Positions 18,939 to 27,098 of a DNA stretch of 58,627 nt are shown piece by piece. The position numbers and the translations under genes are program-made. Source of the stretch: an uncultured Ruminococcus sp. (lineage in GTDB: Bacteria > Bacillota > Clostridia > Oscillospirales > CAG-272); contig CAZXVF010000002.1 of NCBI GenBank assembly GCA_964644445.1, forward strand, positions 1 through 58,627. The letters are read 5' to 3'. Each line of letters begins with the position of its first letter. Within the stretch, counting starts at the first letter, position 1. The notes under the pieces were generated by a model. The model was given only the letters and a program-made list of their open reading frames with translations. It had not been told where the DNA came from and did not search any database.

Positions 18939-18958
18939 ATATTAACAATTGTTAATAT
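18939..18958. promoter_or_regulatory. Perfect 20-bp palindrome, candidate operator or activator site
   Basis: ATATTAACAATTGTTAATAT equals its own reverse complement. It ends 12 nt upstream of the -35 of the transketolase promoter. Confidence 0.35.
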
Positions 18959-18970
18959 TTAGATAATATA

Positions 18971-18999
18971 TTGACTTTTTCGGTCATTTGTAGTAAAAT
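18971..18999 (+). promoter_or_regulatory. Candidate sigma-A promoter of the transketolase operon
   Basis: TTGACT (18971..18976), 17 nt, TAAAAT (18994..18999). Confidence 0.6.
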
Positions 19000-19051
19000 G
19001 TAGTGGAAAAATATTGCTGCAACTAAATGCAGCGTGCAAATAGGAGGTTTT

Positions 19052-19900
19052 ATGACTAACGACAGAAGGCTTGAACTGATGCGCTATGCCAACAGCGTTC
19101 GTAAGCACGTTCTCGAGGGTGTATATTCCGCAGGCTGCGGCCATCCGGGCGGTTCTCTCTCCATCTCGGATATCCTTACGTATCTCTATTTTGAAGAAAT
19201 GAAGGTAGATCCGAGCGATCCCAAGAATCCCGCGCGTGACCGCTTCGTGCTTTCAAAGGGACATACCGCACCCGCACTTTACGGAGTTCTCGCAGAGCGC
19301 GGATTTATAGGAAAGGACGAGATCAAAACACTCAGAAAAATAGATTCAAGGCTCCAAGGACATCCCGATATGAAGGGCGTCCCAGGCGTTGATATGTCGA
19401 CAGGCTCCCTTGGACTCGGATTTTCGGCGGCAGCCGGTATGGCTCTCAGCGCTAAGCACTACGGCGATGATTACCGCGTTTATACGATAATAGGTGACGG
19501 CGAGTCGCAGGAGGGACAGGTTTGGGAGGCAGCTATGTTTGCCGCTCACTATAAGCTTGATAATCTCGTTGCGATTCTCGACCTTAACGGTCTGCAGATA
19601 GACGGCCCTATAACCGAGGTCATGAACCCTACCCCGCACGACGAAAAGTTCCTTGCGTTCGGTTGGAACGTTATCACCGTTTGTGCACACGATTTCGATC
19701 AGCTTGAGGATGCGTTTGCCAAGGCACGTGCCACTAAGGGAAAGCCCACTCTTATTATCGCCAAGAGCGTTAAGGGCAAGGGAGTCTCGTTTATGGAGAA
19801 CAGATACGAATGGCACGGTCAGTCACCCTCGAAGGAGCAGTACGAGCAGGCAATGGCAGAGCTTGACAGGATCGACGAACAACTGAAGGGAGGACTTTGA
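19052..19900 (+). CDS. Transketolase, N-terminal (TPP-binding) subunit
   Basis: The start is set at MTNDRR after an AGGAGG RBS. Motifs GHPGGSLS and GDGESQEG. Split-gene form. Confidence 0.9.
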   Translation: MTNDRRLELMRYANSVRKHVLEGVYSAGCGHPGGSLSISDILTYLYFEEMKVDPSDPKNPARDRFVLSKGHTAPALYGVLAERGFIGKDEIKTLRKIDSRLQGHPDMKGVPGVDMSTGSLGLGFSAAAGMALSAKHYGDDYRVYTIIGDGESQEGQVWEAAMFAAHYKLDNLVAILDLNGLQIDGPITEVMNPTPHDEKFLAFGWNVITVCAHDFDQLEDAFAKARATKGKPTLIIAKSVKGKGVSFMENRYEWHGQSPSKEQYEQAMAELDRIDEQLKGGL

Positions 19901-19901
19901 T

Positions 19902-20846
19902 ATGGCTGTAAAAAAGGCTACAAGAGAAAGCTACGGAGCGGCTCTGGCGGCTCTGGGAGAAAAATACGATTTTCTGGTTCTCGATGCGGATCTCGCGGCA
20001 TCTACGAAAACCGGAGTTTTCAAGAAGAAATTTCCCGAAAGATTTTACGATTGCGGAATTGCCGAAGGCAATATGATGTGCGTAGCGGCGGGAATTGCAT
20101 CCACGGGCAGACCTGTTTTCGCCTCATCCTTCGCTATGTTCGCATCGGGCAGAGCCTTCGAGCAGGTTCGTAACTGCATCGGCTATCCCGCACTTAACGT
20201 TAAAATAGGCGCAACTCACGCCGGTATAACCGTAGGTGAGGACGGTGCAACTCATCAGTGTAATGAGGACCTCGCACTTATGCGCACGATTCCGGGTATG
20301 GTAGTCATAAATCCCGCCGATGCGACCGAGGCGTTTGCCGCAACGGAGGCAGCCCTTCTTCATAAAGGACCGGTATATCTTCGATTCGGCAGATACGCCG
20401 TACCGGATCTCAGCGCAGAGCTTCCCGATTATAAATTTGAGATCGGAAAGGGAATAAAGTATTCCGACGGTGATGATATAACCATCGTTGCAACCGGACT
20501 TATGGTCTCCTTCGCAGTCGAGGCGGCAGAGATATTGCGGACAGAGGGAATCACCGCTCGCGTCGTAAATATTCACACGGTTAAACCGATCGACAAAGAG
20601 CTTCTCATAGAGTCTGCTAAAAAGACGGGTGCCGTAGTAACCTGCGAGGAGCACAATATCATAGGCGGACTCGGATCTGCCGTTTGCGAGGTTCTTTCGG
20701 AGGAATATCCCGTTCCCGTGGTAAGAATAGGCGTCAAGGACGAGTATGGCAGAAGCGGAAAGGTTCCGGAGCTTCTCGAAATGTACGGCTTGGGAGTAAA
20801 CGATATCGTAGCTGCCGCAAAGCGTGCGATCTCGCTTAAAAAATAA
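19902..20846 (+). CDS. Transketolase, C-terminal (pyrimidine-binding) subunit
   Basis: The ATG lies 1 nt after the upstream stop. Motifs GIAEGNM and THAGITVGEDGATHQ. Confidence 0.9.
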   Translation: MAVKKATRESYGAALAALGEKYDFLVLDADLAASTKTGVFKKKFPERFYDCGIAEGNMMCVAAGIASTGRPVFASSFAMFASGRAFEQVRNCIGYPALNVKIGATHAGITVGEDGATHQCNEDLALMRTIPGMVVINPADATEAFAATEAALLHKGPVYLRFGRYAVPDLSAELPDYKFEIGKGIKYSDGDDITIVATGLMVSFAVEAAEILRTEGITARVVNIHTVKPIDKELLIESAKKTGAVVTCEEHNIIGGLGSAVCEVLSEEYPVPVVRIGVKDEYGRSGKVPELLEMYGLGVNDIVAAAKRAISLKK

Positions 20847-20853
20847 ATTTTCT

Positions 20854-20874
20854 GTTACGTAATCGTAACGTTTT
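20854..20874 (+). terminator. Possible terminator after the transketolase operon
   Basis: Stem gttacg (20854..20859), loop taat, stem cgtaac (20864..20869), then gtttt. Confidence 0.45.
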
Positions 20875-20884
20875 AAAAACCGTA

Positions 20885-20913
20885 TTTACATTTCCCAACA
20901 AATAAATTAAAAT
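20885..20913 (+). promoter_or_regulatory. Candidate sigma-A promoter of pyrH
   Basis: TTTACA (20885..20890), 17 nt, TAAAAT (20908..20913). Confidence 0.5.
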
Positions 20914-20954
20914 ACAAAATGAGGCTTGTGTAGTAAAAAGGAAAGGCAATTTTT

Positions 20955-21653
20955 ATGAAACGTATTGTATTAAAGCTCTCGGGCGAAGCGTTGGCGCACG
21001 GCACGAAGGAGATCTATGATATGAAATTCGTGGATCAGCTTGCCGCGGCGATCGCGACCGCCGTTGACGAAGGATACGAGATTGCACTGGTAGTCGGTGC
21101 GGGAAATATCTGGAGAGGCAGGCAGGGAACCGATATGGATCGCGTTGACGCGGATAGAATGGGAATGCTTGCCACCGTTATTAACGCTATTTGCGTCAAG
21201 GATGCCGTAAAGCGAGCAGGCAAGGATGCCGTGGTTATGACGTCAGTGCCTATGGAGCCGTTTGCAGAGAAATATTCGGGTGAGGCAGCCAAGTCCGCAC
21301 TTTCTTCCGGCAAGGTCGTCGTGTTCGGATCCGGACTCGGAATCCCGTTCCTTTCCACTGATACGACCGGCGCGGTGCGCTCTGCGGAAATCGAGGCAGA
21401 CGAGATGCTTATGGCAAAGAGCGTCGATTATATATATACCGCAGATCCTAAGCTCGATCCCAATGCAAAGCGGCTTGAAACGGTAAAGGCCTCCGAGGTG
21501 CTTGCAATGAATCTCAAGGCTCTGGACGCAACGGCAACCGCGTTTTGCCTGTCTACGGGAATGCCCATCAAGGTTTTCGGACTTACTGAGGCGGACGACG
21601 TTCTCCGCGCGATAAGAGGCGAGTCTCTCGGAACGGTAATAACAGCGGAATAA
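20955..21653 (+). CDS. pyrH: UMP kinase
   Basis: 232 aa with KLSGEAL and VVGAGNIWRG motifs. Confidence 0.95.
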   Translation: MKRIVLKLSGEALAHGTKEIYDMKFVDQLAAAIATAVDEGYEIALVVGAGNIWRGRQGTDMDRVDADRMGMLATVINAICVKDAVKRAGKDAVVMTSVPMEPFAEKYSGEAAKSALSSGKVVVFGSGLGIPFLSTDTTGAVRSAEIEADEMLMAKSVDYIYTADPKLDPNAKRLETVKASEVLAMNLKALDATATAFCLSTGMPIKVFGLTEADDVLRAIRGESLGTVITAE

Positions 21654-21780
21654 ATTCAAGAATCCATATAGAGTATATATTTATTCAAGTAAAAAACGGT
21701 CTTAAATGTAATCAATTGTTTACATTTGCCGACTTTAATACAAAAAAACGTTTATATAAAAATAAAAGAGGAGAATTATT

Positions 21781-22335
21781 ATGAAACTCGATACCAAGGC
21801 ATACGAAGAAAAAATGAAAAAAACTATAGCGTCTTATCAGGATAATCTCTCGACTATAAGAGCGGGCAGAGCGAATCCGGACGTCTTAAAGAAGATCACC
21901 GTCGATTATTACGGGGCACCGTCTCCCATTGCATCTATTGCAGAGGTCAAGGTTACGGACGCGCGCACTATCACCATCACCGCGTGGGATAAGTCGATAA
22001 TGAAGGGCATCGAAAAAGCAATACTTACGTCCGACCTCGGTATTAATCCGCAGAACGACGGAAGCGTTATAAGGCTTTCCTTCCCGCCCACGACCGAGGA
22101 GCGCCGCCGCGAGCTTTCAAAGCAGATATCCAAGCTCGGTGAGGATGCCAAGGTCGCTATACGTAATATCAGACGCGACGCTAACGATAAGATCAAGGCG
22201 GACAAAAAGAATTCCGTTATGACGGAGGACGAGGCAAAGTCGTCCGATAAGCTCGTTCAGGATCTCACCGATAAGTATATCAAGGAGGTCGACGGTGTAA
22301 CGGCGGCAAAGACCAAGGAGATCATGGAGATCTGA
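21781..22335 (+). CDS. frr: Ribosome recycling factor
   Basis: 184 aa with LSTIRAGRANPDVL, ITAWDKS and PPTTEERRRELSK motifs. Confidence 0.95.
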   Translation: MKLDTKAYEEKMKKTIASYQDNLSTIRAGRANPDVLKKITVDYYGAPSPIASIAEVKVTDARTITITAWDKSIMKGIEKAILTSDLGINPQNDGSVIRLSFPPTTEERRRELSKQISKLGEDAKVAIRNIRRDANDKIKADKKNSVMTEDEAKSSDKLVQDLTDKYIKEVDGVTAAKTKEIMEI

Positions 22336-22375
22336 TGAGGTGATCTGCCCGTCGGAGTTATGAAAGGCAAATAAA

Positions 22376-23218
22376 ATGAAAACCAGAATAATAACAGGAA
22401 TATGTATTTTTGCAGTAGCGATAGGCTTGGTACTTCTCGCTCCGACAACTCCGGTATTTTGTATAGGCATCGCACTGCTTTCCGCTATGGCGGCGTTTGA
22501 GCTTATGAGGGTATTCGGTGTACACAAGGAGTGGCATATCTCCATTCCCACGTACTCCGTGTCGGGTGCCTTACCAGTCGCCGCATACGTAACCAAGGAT
22601 GCGGACGAAGCAACCCGTACCGCTTTTATACTCATTGCGGTGTCCGTAATTTTTACATACCTCGTATATCTTCTTGCAGTAGCTGTTTTTTCACATAAAA
22701 AAATTAAGTTTTCGACCGTGTCCGAGGTCTTTATGTCAATAGCCTACGTCACCGTGTCATTTACCTCGCTTTCACTTCTCATGTACGTGAATAAAGGAAT
22801 ATACTACTTCGGCATAATACTGATATCCTCGTGGGGATGCGATACGGGAGCATACTTCATCGGCTCTAAATTCGGCAAGCACAAGCTTATTCCGGACGTC
22901 AGCCCGAAAAAGTCGGTAGAAGGTGCTATAGGCGGTCTTGCTACGTCCGTCGTGCTAAACCTTTTGTACGGAATTATAGTTGGTGCCGCATTTGACGTCA
23001 GCGTAAACTATGTTGCTCTTGCCGTTCTCGGGTTGGTTCTTTCCGTAGTTGCCATGATAGGTGATCTTATCGCGTCTCTTATCAAGCGTGAATACGGCAT
23101 TAAGGATTACAGTAATATTCTTCCCGGTCACGGCGGAATAATGGACAGATTCGATTCCGTATTTCCGATAGCTACATTTCTGTTGATAGTTTCAGGATTT
23201 TTTGCACCTTTTGTATAG
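22376..23218 (+). CDS. cdsA: Phosphatidate cytidylyltransferase
   Basis: 280-aa polytopic membrane protein with the CDS signature SLIKREYGIKDYSNILPGHGGIMDRFDS. Confidence 0.9.
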   Translation: MKTRIITGICIFAVAIGLVLLAPTTPVFCIGIALLSAMAAFELMRVFGVHKEWHISIPTYSVSGALPVAAYVTKDADEATRTAFILIAVSVIFTYLVYLLAVAVFSHKKIKFSTVSEVFMSIAYVTVSFTSLSLLMYVNKGIYYFGIILISSWGCDTGAYFIGSKFGKHKLIPDVSPKKSVEGAIGGLATSVVLNLLYGIIVGAAFDVSVNYVALAVLGLVLSVVAMIGDLIASLIKREYGIKDYSNILPGHGGIMDRFDSVFPIATFLLIVSGFFAPFV

Positions 23219-23243
23219 TTTAGCTTGCATTTTAAGTAAAATA

Positions 23244-23275
23244 AGAACCGCCACAGTTTTTTGTGTGGCGGTTCT
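23244..23275. other. Perfect 12-bp stem-loop between cdsA and dxr
   Basis: agaaccgccaca (23244..23255) pairs with tgtggcggttct (23264..23275); the loop is gttttttg. No clean U-tract follows on the plus strand. Confidence 0.5.
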
Positions 23276-23308
23276 GTAAATCATTTATGTTTGATGGAGG
23301 TGATTTCA

Positions 23309-24481
23309 ATGACGAAAAAAATAGCCGTTCTCGGTGCCGCAGGATCCGTAGGTATGCAAGCACTCGACGTTGCGAGAGCACGCGGATACGACGTTGATCT
23401 CATCGTCTCAAACAAAAACGTCAATGCGGTCGAGCAAGCAATAAGAGAGTTTTCTCCGAGCGTCGCCGTTATGGCAGACGAATGCGCTGCAAGGGATCTT
23501 TCCGTCAGAATAAGAGATACCTCCACAGCCGTTTTCAGCGGAAGCGAAGCAATCTGCACCGCCGTAAATGAAACCTCTGCCGATACCGTGATAAACGCAA
23601 TTCTGGGCGAAGCGGGACTTATGCCCACCGTTGCCGCATTGCAATCGAAAAAGCGTCTTGCACTCTCGAATAAGGAGTCGTTGGTTATAGCGGGAGAGGA
23701 GGTCATGCGGCTTTCGCGCGAAAACGAAGCTCAGATCATTCCGGTGGACAGTGAGCATTCCGCTATATTTCAATGTCTGCTTGCAGGTAAACGCAAGGAG
23801 GTCTCACGCCTTCTCATTACCGCCTCCGGCGGATCTCTTTACGGAAAAAGCAGAGAAGAAATGCGTGGCGTAACTCTTGATGAGGTTCTCTTGCATCCGA
23901 CGTGGAAAATGGGAAAGAAAATTACGGTCGACAGTGCGACCTTGATGAACAAGGGCTTTGAAATCATCGAGGCGTCTCACCTTTTCGATATTCCCGAGGA
24001 GCACATAGAGGTATTGATACACCGTGAGAGCATACTTCATTCTGCCGTGGAATATATTGATAATGCGGTAATCACTCAGATGTCCTTGCCCGATATGCGA
24101 CAGTGCGTCCAGTATGCGGTGGATTATCCCTGCCGTGCAAATAGTGATCTTCCCCCGCTCGATCTTGCAAAAATAGGTAGGCTCAGCTTTTCACAGCCGG
24201 ATACGGAAGCCTTCCCGCTATTGACCTTGGCGCGTAAGGCTTTGTCGGACGGAGGAGCAATGGGCGCGGTTTTAAATGCCGCAGACGAGGAAGCGGTAGA
24301 TGCGTTTATTCGCGGCAAAATCGCCTTTTCGGACATTGCGGATGCCGTTTTTACAACTTATGATAAAATGCAGGACGCACAGCGCTTAACGTCGATAGAC
24401 GATATCCTTTCGGCGAGCAAGACCGCTCGCACTCTTGCTGCGGAATACGTCACGTCGCTTGCAAAAAAACGCTCAGTGTAG
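23309..24481 (+). CDS. dxr: 1-deoxy-D-xylulose 5-phosphate reductoisomerase
   Basis: The start is set at MTKKIAVLGAAGSVG after a GGAGGTG RBS. Motifs PVDSEHSAIFQC and NKGFEIIEA. Confidence 0.95.
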   Translation: MTKKIAVLGAAGSVGMQALDVARARGYDVDLIVSNKNVNAVEQAIREFSPSVAVMADECAARDLSVRIRDTSTAVFSGSEAICTAVNETSADTVINAILGEAGLMPTVAALQSKKRLALSNKESLVIAGEEVMRLSRENEAQIIPVDSEHSAIFQCLLAGKRKEVSRLLITASGGSLYGKSREEMRGVTLDEVLLHPTWKMGKKITVDSATLMNKGFEIIEASHLFDIPEEHIEVLIHRESILHSAVEYIDNAVITQMSLPDMRQCVQYAVDYPCRANSDLPPLDLAKIGRLSFSQPDTEAFPLLTLARKALSDGGAMGAVLNAADEEAVDAFIRGKIAFSDIADAVFTTYDKMQDAQRLTSIDDILSASKTARTLAAEYVTSLAKKRSV

Positions 24482-24763
24482 CAAACACAAAATGCGCCAA
24501 ATCGTTTTAAATAAAGCAATAAAATAATTAAAAACATTTTGCACAAAAATCATTAAGATTGACAGCTTTTGTACACAATAATTTACAAAACATGACTATG
24601 ATTGCCGTTTTATCGGCATTGATTATACAGCAGGCACTGCCGAAACGGCGAACTGCGCCGATTTGTACACCGCTTGTAAGGCTTATTTCGGTTGATCGGT
24701 CGACGAGAATAAATCAGTGCGACTTCCCGAATACAGCAATCGGGTACAAAAAAGATAATAGGA

Positions 24764-25849
24764 TTGCTCCGACGGAGCAGAAGTGGAGAAAAAGCAATTT
24801 TGGATAATTTGGTTACTATACTCATAGCCGTGTTGGTTTTCGGCGGCTTGATCTTTATTCACGAGTTCGGGCACTATATATTCGCAAGGATATTTAAGGT
24901 CACGATAGAGGAATTTTCAATCGGCATGGGGCCGAAGCTCGTTTGGTATACGTCGAAGAAAACGGGCATCACCTACGCCCTCCGTATGATACCCATCGGC
25001 GGATACGTTGCCATGGCAGGAGAGAGCGGAGATACAGACGATCCCAATTCGTTTGACAAAAAGCCCTCGTGGCAAAGGCTCATCATTACCGTTGCAGGCG
25101 CGGCAGTCAATATTATTGCGGGATTTCTCGCTATGGCGATACTTACGTCAGTCATATACCTCTACGGAACCGAGGTCGGCGGATTCTACGATTCGGAGCA
25201 GAGCGGATACGAAATATCCAGTGAGGAAAGCGGTCTCGAGGTCGGCGACGTCATAGTTAAGGTAAACGGTAAGCGCGTCAGCATATACGACGAGCTGTCG
25301 TATCAGGTTATGAGATACGGAAATAAGCCTTGTGATATCACCGTAATACGTGACGGAGAAACGGTAGTTCTTGAGGACGTCGTTTTCCCGGTTGAAGAGC
25401 TTTCGGGACAGGAATACGGAGTTATTGACATAGTACCCGTAGCCCAAAACAGAAGCTTCGGCAATATAGTGAAATTCTCGTGGAATAAATCCGTGCTTAT
25501 CGTGCGTATGTGCTGGGAGTCGATAATAGATCTGATAACGGGAAGATATACTCTCGATGCCGTTTCGGGCCCCATAGGAATTTCGGGTGCTCTCGGTGAC
25601 GCGGCAAAGGCAGGCTTCTTAAATCTTTTGTATCTTACCGCAATGATCAGCATAAATCTCGGAATTATGAACCTCTTGCCCGTGCCTGCACTTGACGGAG
25701 GAAGGATTCTCTTTATCCTCATTGAGATCGTGGCGCGCCGCCGCCTTCCGAGAAAGGTCGAGGACACTATAAACTCGGTCGGGCTGATGGTTCTTCTGGG
25801 ACTTTCCGTTCTGATAATGATAAAGGACGTCTTTGCTATATTTGTATAA
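24764..25849 (+). CDS. rseP: RIP (site-2) zinc metalloprotease RseP/RasP
   Basis: HEFGHY zinc motif, an internal PDZ domain, and NLLPVPALDGG. The true start may be TTG 24800 (GGAG at 24785..24788), because 24764 lies inside a hairpin. Confidence 0.85.
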   Translation: MLRRSRSGEKAILDNLVTILIAVLVFGGLIFIHEFGHYIFARIFKVTIEEFSIGMGPKLVWYTSKKTGITYALRMIPIGGYVAMAGESGDTDDPNSFDKKPSWQRLIITVAGAAVNIIAGFLAMAILTSVIYLYGTEVGGFYDSEQSGYEISSEESGLEVGDVIVKVNGKRVSIYDELSYQVMRYGNKPCDITVIRDGETVVLEDVVFPVEELSGQEYGVIDIVPVAQNRSFGNIVKFSWNKSVLIVRMCWESIIDLITGRYTLDAVSGPIGISGALGDAAKAGFLNLLYLTAMISINLGIMNLLPVPALDGGRILFILIEIVARRRLPRKVEDTINSVGLMVLLGLSVLIMIKDVFAIFV

Positions 25850-25944
25850 ACGACAACTTTACGTGACTTAGAGCGCCGAAGTGCGAAGCATTATGTATAA
25901 TCGGCGTAAATACAAGTGAAGATACGAGCTTCTCGGAGATAACG

Positions 25945-27033
25945 ATGGACTATAACGCAATAAGAAAAAAAACGAAAAAAATCAAGGTGGGAAATATATT
26001 CGTCGGCGGTGACGCTCCGATTTCGGTACAGTCAATGACGAATACCGATACGCATGATCTTACTGCCACGCTGGCTCAGGTAAAAGCACTGCAGGAGTGC
26101 GGATGTGATATCGTCCGTATTACCGTTCCGGACGTAGCTTCTGCACAAATTTTCCCATATCTGAAGAAAAACGGCATAACCGTTCCTCTTGTGGCAGACG
26201 TTCATTTCGATTACAGAATCGCCGTTGCCGCAATAAGAGCGGGCGCTGATAAAATACGGATAAACCCGGGTAATATCGGTAGCGAGGCAGGCGTTCGCGA
26301 GGTAGTAAATACCGCTCTCGAATATTCCATTCCAATCCGCGTAGGCGTAAATTCCGGATCCGTCCCGAAGGATATTATCGAGAAATACGGCCATCCGACT
26401 CCCGACGCATTAGTCGATTCCGCCATTCGCCATATCGAGCTTCTCGAGAGCCTTGGATTCTATGATATAATCGTCTCTATCAAAGCTTCAAACGTAGAGG
26501 ATCTTATCGAGGCAAACAAAAAACTGTCAAAAAAAGTAAACTATCCTTTGCATTTAGGACTCACCGAAGCAGGATTCGGTGAAAGAGCAATAATTAAGAG
26601 CAGCGTCGGTATAGGTACGCTTTTAATGCTCGGGATAGGCGATACGGTACGCATTTCTCTTACGGATGATCCGAAGGAGGAGGTAAGACTCGGCAGAGAG
26701 CTGCTTTCTATTTGTAACCCGAGTACCGGACGCCGTATGGATATTATCTCCTGCCCGACCTGCGGCAGGACGCGTATCGACCTCATTTCTCTCACTCGCA
26801 GCTTTGAGGACAGAGCCGCCGCAGAGGGGCTCCTCGATACGCCGATAAAGGTCGCACTGATGGGCTGCGCCGTGAACGGTCCCGGTGAGGCTAGGGAAGC
26901 CGATATAGGTATAGCAGGCGGAAGCGGTGAGGTGCTGCTGTTCAAGCGCGGTGCTCCGCTATATAAAATACCCGAGGAAAACGCAGTGGACAAGCTGATT
27001 CTTGAAATAAAGAAAATGACGTCCGAGCAATAA
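25945..27033 (+). CDS. ispG: 4-hydroxy-3-methylbut-2-enyl diphosphate synthase
   Basis: 362 aa with VQSMTNT, RINPGNIG and CPTCGRT...GCAVNGPGE motifs. Confidence 0.95.
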   Translation: MDYNAIRKKTKKIKVGNIFVGGDAPISVQSMTNTDTHDLTATLAQVKALQECGCDIVRITVPDVASAQIFPYLKKNGITVPLVADVHFDYRIAVAAIRAGADKIRINPGNIGSEAGVREVVNTALEYSIPIRVGVNSGSVPKDIIEKYGHPTPDALVDSAIRHIELLESLGFYDIIVSIKASNVEDLIEANKKLSKKVNYPLHLGLTEAGFGERAIIKSSVGIGTLLMLGIGDTVRISLTDDPKEEVRLGRELLSICNPSTGRRMDIISCPTCGRTRIDLISLTRSFEDRAAAEGLLDTPIKVALMGCAVNGPGEAREADIGIAGGSGEVLLFKRGAPLYKIPEENAVDKLILEIKKMTSEQ

Positions 27034-27098
27034 GAGGCTAAAAAACTCACGGCTGAAAAATGACGCAGTGTCGAAAAATCAACGAAAGGACAATCAAG

